Source: Squalus acanthias (taxonomy: Eukaryota). From it: DNA of 64,000 nt. The DNA is taken from contig CM059432.1 of assembly GCA_030390025.1 (NCBI GenBank), forward strand, positions 44,890,001-44,954,000. Direction: 5' to 3'. The first letter of the stretch is position 1. The number at the start of each line of letters is the position of its first letter. Under the pieces are notes generated by a model. That model worked only from the letters and a program-made list of their open reading frames with translations. It ran no database searches and was not told the DNA's origin. Below, one piece after another: positions 60,940 through 64,000 of the stretch. A program made the position numbers and the translations under genes.

Positions 60940-61504
60940 CTGTTTCTCTCTCTACAGATGCTGCCTGACCTGCTGAGTATTTCCAGCATTTTCTATTTTT
61001 ATCCCTGCTGCTGAATGTTGCCTCAGAATGTGTTACAAGGCATTTGACGTGAGGGCATTTTTAGAAGACAATGTGACAACAGGGAAAGAGGCAAGTTGCA
61101 GTTTGAAGCAATGTCCAATGTAAAAATGTGTTATTAAAACAAGATGATTGTCAAATGATTCAGCAGTCTTCTAGTTGTCTAATCTACTTCAAATATATTA
61201 GATTTGCTATGCATGTTGCACACTCCTTATTTGGGCATCACCATGGCAACACATAGTCAGTCCTGCATCTGCACACTTCTACCAGTAGATAGAGCTTCAT
61301 AAGCTCCAAAGGTTGCAGGTATTCATACCTGTACCTATACCATTCAGATAGCCTCACAGGTCCAGGACACGTCAACATTCCTAACCTTCCTCCTGGAATA
61401 ACAGTAAGTTTGGAACAGCTACTCAGCATCTTCTCATTCCTTTCTTTCCGTTTCCCTCTTTCTATATTTAAGGAAAAGATTCATGAAACCTTTCTAGATT
61501 TGTA

Positions 61505-61745
61505 TAGAATGTATAGCACAGAAACAGACCATTCAGCCCAACTGGTCTATGCCAGTGTTTATACTCCACTCAAGCCTCCTCCTACTCTAATTACCAGGTC
61601 TTCCCAATCTGCCCCCAGATCCCTATGTTCCCTTCTCCCTTATGAATGTATCAAGCCTCCCGTTAGCATCAATGCCATGTGGCCGTGAGTTCAATATCCT
61701 CACCACTCTCTGTGTAAAGAAATTCCGTCTAATTTTTTATTTGAT
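61505..61745 (-). mobile_element. Degenerate CR1 3' fragment
   Basis: 'tagaatgtatagcacagaaacagaccattcagccc' tail and 'caccactctctgtgtaaagaaatt' motif. Confidence 0.6.
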
Positions 61746-61990
61746 CTGAGTGTTTTCTCTGTGAGAGATCAATTCTTCAGACTGTTCCTGCCACCTCCTT
61801 GCCCACAGGACTCGCATTCCACCCTCTCGGGCTTCCTGCGACTTTTGAATGTCTTTTTAAATGTTTTTCCTGACTTCAATACCTGATTTTTTGCACCCTG
61901 CCATGTTTTCCTCTCTTCAGGTATCAATCTTTCAGGTTATCCCCACCACCTCCCTTCACACCTGGAGTTGCACACGTCTATCTATACATG

Positions 61991-62734
61991 GGGCCAAAAA
62001 TTCATCCCGCGACGCGAGAGTACGCACTGCGTACTCTCGCGTATTCTCTCTCCAATTGCCGGTTTTCTGCATGCCCTGCGCATGCGCTGAAAACCGGCAC
62101 TTGGTCTTTTGAAAAGGGGGCGGTTCCTCGGTGCATCGCGTGCGCGCTACAGGCTGCGCGCACGCTGTGCACTTTGTGCTTTGGACGCGCAGGTTAGTAC
62201 GGAAGATTTTAGAAATGGAAAAAGGAGGAGTAAGACCCACTTTTAACAAGGTAAGTAGTGAATTAAGTATTTTTTTGAATTTTTTTTAACAGCTATATCT
62301 TTTTTAGAGACTTTAAAGACAGGTAAGTTTATTTTTATAACTTTTTAAAAGATTTTAAATTTTTTCAAAAATTTAATTTTTTATTTAAAATGGTTAATTT
62401 ATTTAACTATACTTATTTTATTAATGTGATGGTTTTTAAAAAAATTTTAATTGAGGTTTAGCTGTTATTTTGGGGGGGTGTAAGATTCATAGATTTCACA
62501 GCACGTATGTGAAACTTATGAATGGAAGATGGTGTGGTGCCATTGGCTCTAACTGAGTCACGTGATCCCACAGCTCGCACGAATTCACTACGCCGGTGGG
62601 ATATGCAAGCACTGCCCAGCTGATGTCTGGAACATCAAGTTCGTGCGAGCTGGATCTGAAAAAGCACACGCGGAGTGAGAGATCGCGGGGAAGCCTTACC
62701 CCCGCGGGAACAGAGCGAGATCAATTTCTGGGCC
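61991..62734. mobile_element. Harbinger-type MITE (744 bp)
   Basis: 20-bp TIRs GGGCCAAAAATTCATCCCGC and (reverse complement) GGCCCAGAAATTGATCTCGC match at 16/20. TSD ATG/ATG. CpG-rich ends, AT-rich core. Confidence 0.8.
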
Positions 62735-63839
62735 ATGAAGTTTCTTCAACTCCAGAAGTTTAGGTAACAGTATTTAATCTAATTATCATGAGTTAGCAGT
62801 AATTTTGGAATATACAGTGATATACCAGCTCTTCTTGCAACATTCTACCTCTCAGTGTGATCTCCCTTTGCTCTCACACCCTTTTACCAAAGCCCCGATG
62901 CCTATGCTCTGAAGTCACCGCAGCAGGCTGCAGATAGAGTAAGGTGAGAGCAATAATTCTGGAAATATGTACTTTGCTCAGGAACATTCACCACAGGCTT
63001 GGAGGAGTACACAATCTTGATGATGCAGTAAACCTGCTGAGGCCTTTAGAAGAATTCACTGCTGTTATTAATATAGCTAAAACGCCACCCACTGTAGGCT
63101 TCGTTGACAGTGATCAACATTATATAAACCTAACCAATACTTCCTTTCTGTCACAGTGTGTATCATAATATTAGTGAAGCATGTCAAAGCGGTATCAAGT
63201 TACCCACCCCACTCCGGAGTTATTGTATATTCATCTTCTTTGACATATATCATTAACATGACATAATATATTTCAACCTTGAAAATGTTGATGTATAATA
63301 CTGTCATGTAAGTAGCTTTAATGGAGCAGTTAGTCTTATTAATAAATTTAAGTAAGTTGGTTTTGGAAAGGAGCAGATTTCAAGAATTCAAGGATGTGTT
63401 TAATAAAGAGACTATGATTTCAGCATTTTTTGGGACTGTTTTGATTCTTCACAATGCAGCAGTGGGTGATAAAACGTCAATCACATGTGGGTGGTAACGA
63501 TTTCAGGTAGAAACTAGACTGTTACCATGGATTTATTTGAGGCTTTGTTCTGGCTTTGAGTTCAAGGAGTTTGAACTAGCTCATCTGAACCTAGATAGAT
63601 TCATTTATCATTTGTTACAAGAGGGATTTTACTGTAATGCATGGACATGTCAGAGCAGTAGCGCAGTAGACGGCTCGGGAAACTAATAGCACGACCGTTT
63701 GGCTATCATTCGATTTCCTCAGCAATTGGATGCATGAAGAAATATGTTTCCTGAAGTAAGTGACATAGCAGAAAAAAGAAAATATTTTAAAGTGAATCTC
63801 ACTGAGATGGTGACACGGCTGTCATTTCTATATGAAAAA

Positions 63840-64000
63840 AAAAGAACTCACATTTATATAGTGTCTTTCATGCCCTCAAGGACATACCAAAGCACTTCAC
63901 AGTCAATGAATTACTTTTGAAGTGTGGTCACTGTTGCTATGTAGGCAAGCCCAGCTGACGATTTGTACACAGCCAGGTTCCATAATCAGCAATAAGACAA
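63840..64000 (-). mobile_element. 3' tail of an L2-mobilised SINE/LINE (DeuSINE-like), running off the window
   Basis: Minus strand GTGAAGTGCTTTGG...AAAGACACTATATAAATG resembles the L2-type tail. A more decayed copy lies at ~34850-34950. Confidence 0.55.

Larger units (their letters stand above)
57874..61001. mobile_element. Penelope-like element as a single inverted (fold-back) insertion: minus arm 57874-~59440, plus arm ~59441-61001
   Basis: 11-bp TSD TCCCTGCTGCT (57863-57873, 61002-61012). Both arms encode the RT C-terminus and GIY-YIG (LVYCIRC...LYIGETK) and end in the pseudo-LTR. Confidence 0.93.

Noticed and set aside
62944..63168. Possible host exon (plus ORF, or minus-strand VYIMLITVNEAYSGWRFSYINNSSEFF*)
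   Set aside because: Weak splice acceptor and no protein I recognise. The plus frame only faintly resembles Harbinger Myb exon 2 (LRPLEE). Unresolved without a search.

Overview
Repeat-saturated, non-genic stretch of a vertebrate genome. It is most likely a cartilaginous fish (shark), inferred from an HE1/V-type SINE, CR1 LINE tails and Penelope families typical of that group. I found no convincing host-gene exon, rRNA, tRNA gene or CRISPR array. Contents: (i) at least eight PIF/Harbinger-derived loci with coding remnants (a 3-exon Myb/SANT-like gene and/or a convergent HARBI1-type DDE transposase), including two related copies that carry only the Myb gene, plus several Harbinger-type MITEs with 3-bp TSDs; (ii) a full-length but disabled CsRn1-clade Gypsy LTR retrotransposon (17307-23324, minus strand) interrupted by a 1.66-kb TG...CA solo-LTR-like insertion; (iii) two Penelope-like (RT + GIY-YIG) elements and two short Penelope-type inserts, together carrying four recognisable minimal hammerhead ribozyme motifs, plus a 67-bp-arm palindrome that folds back inside a hammerhead stem II; (iv) many CR1/L2-group LINE fragments and tRNA-derived SINEs. 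Every coding remnant shows stops, frameshifts or deletions. All calls are by eye from the sequence and ORF track; no database searches were run.
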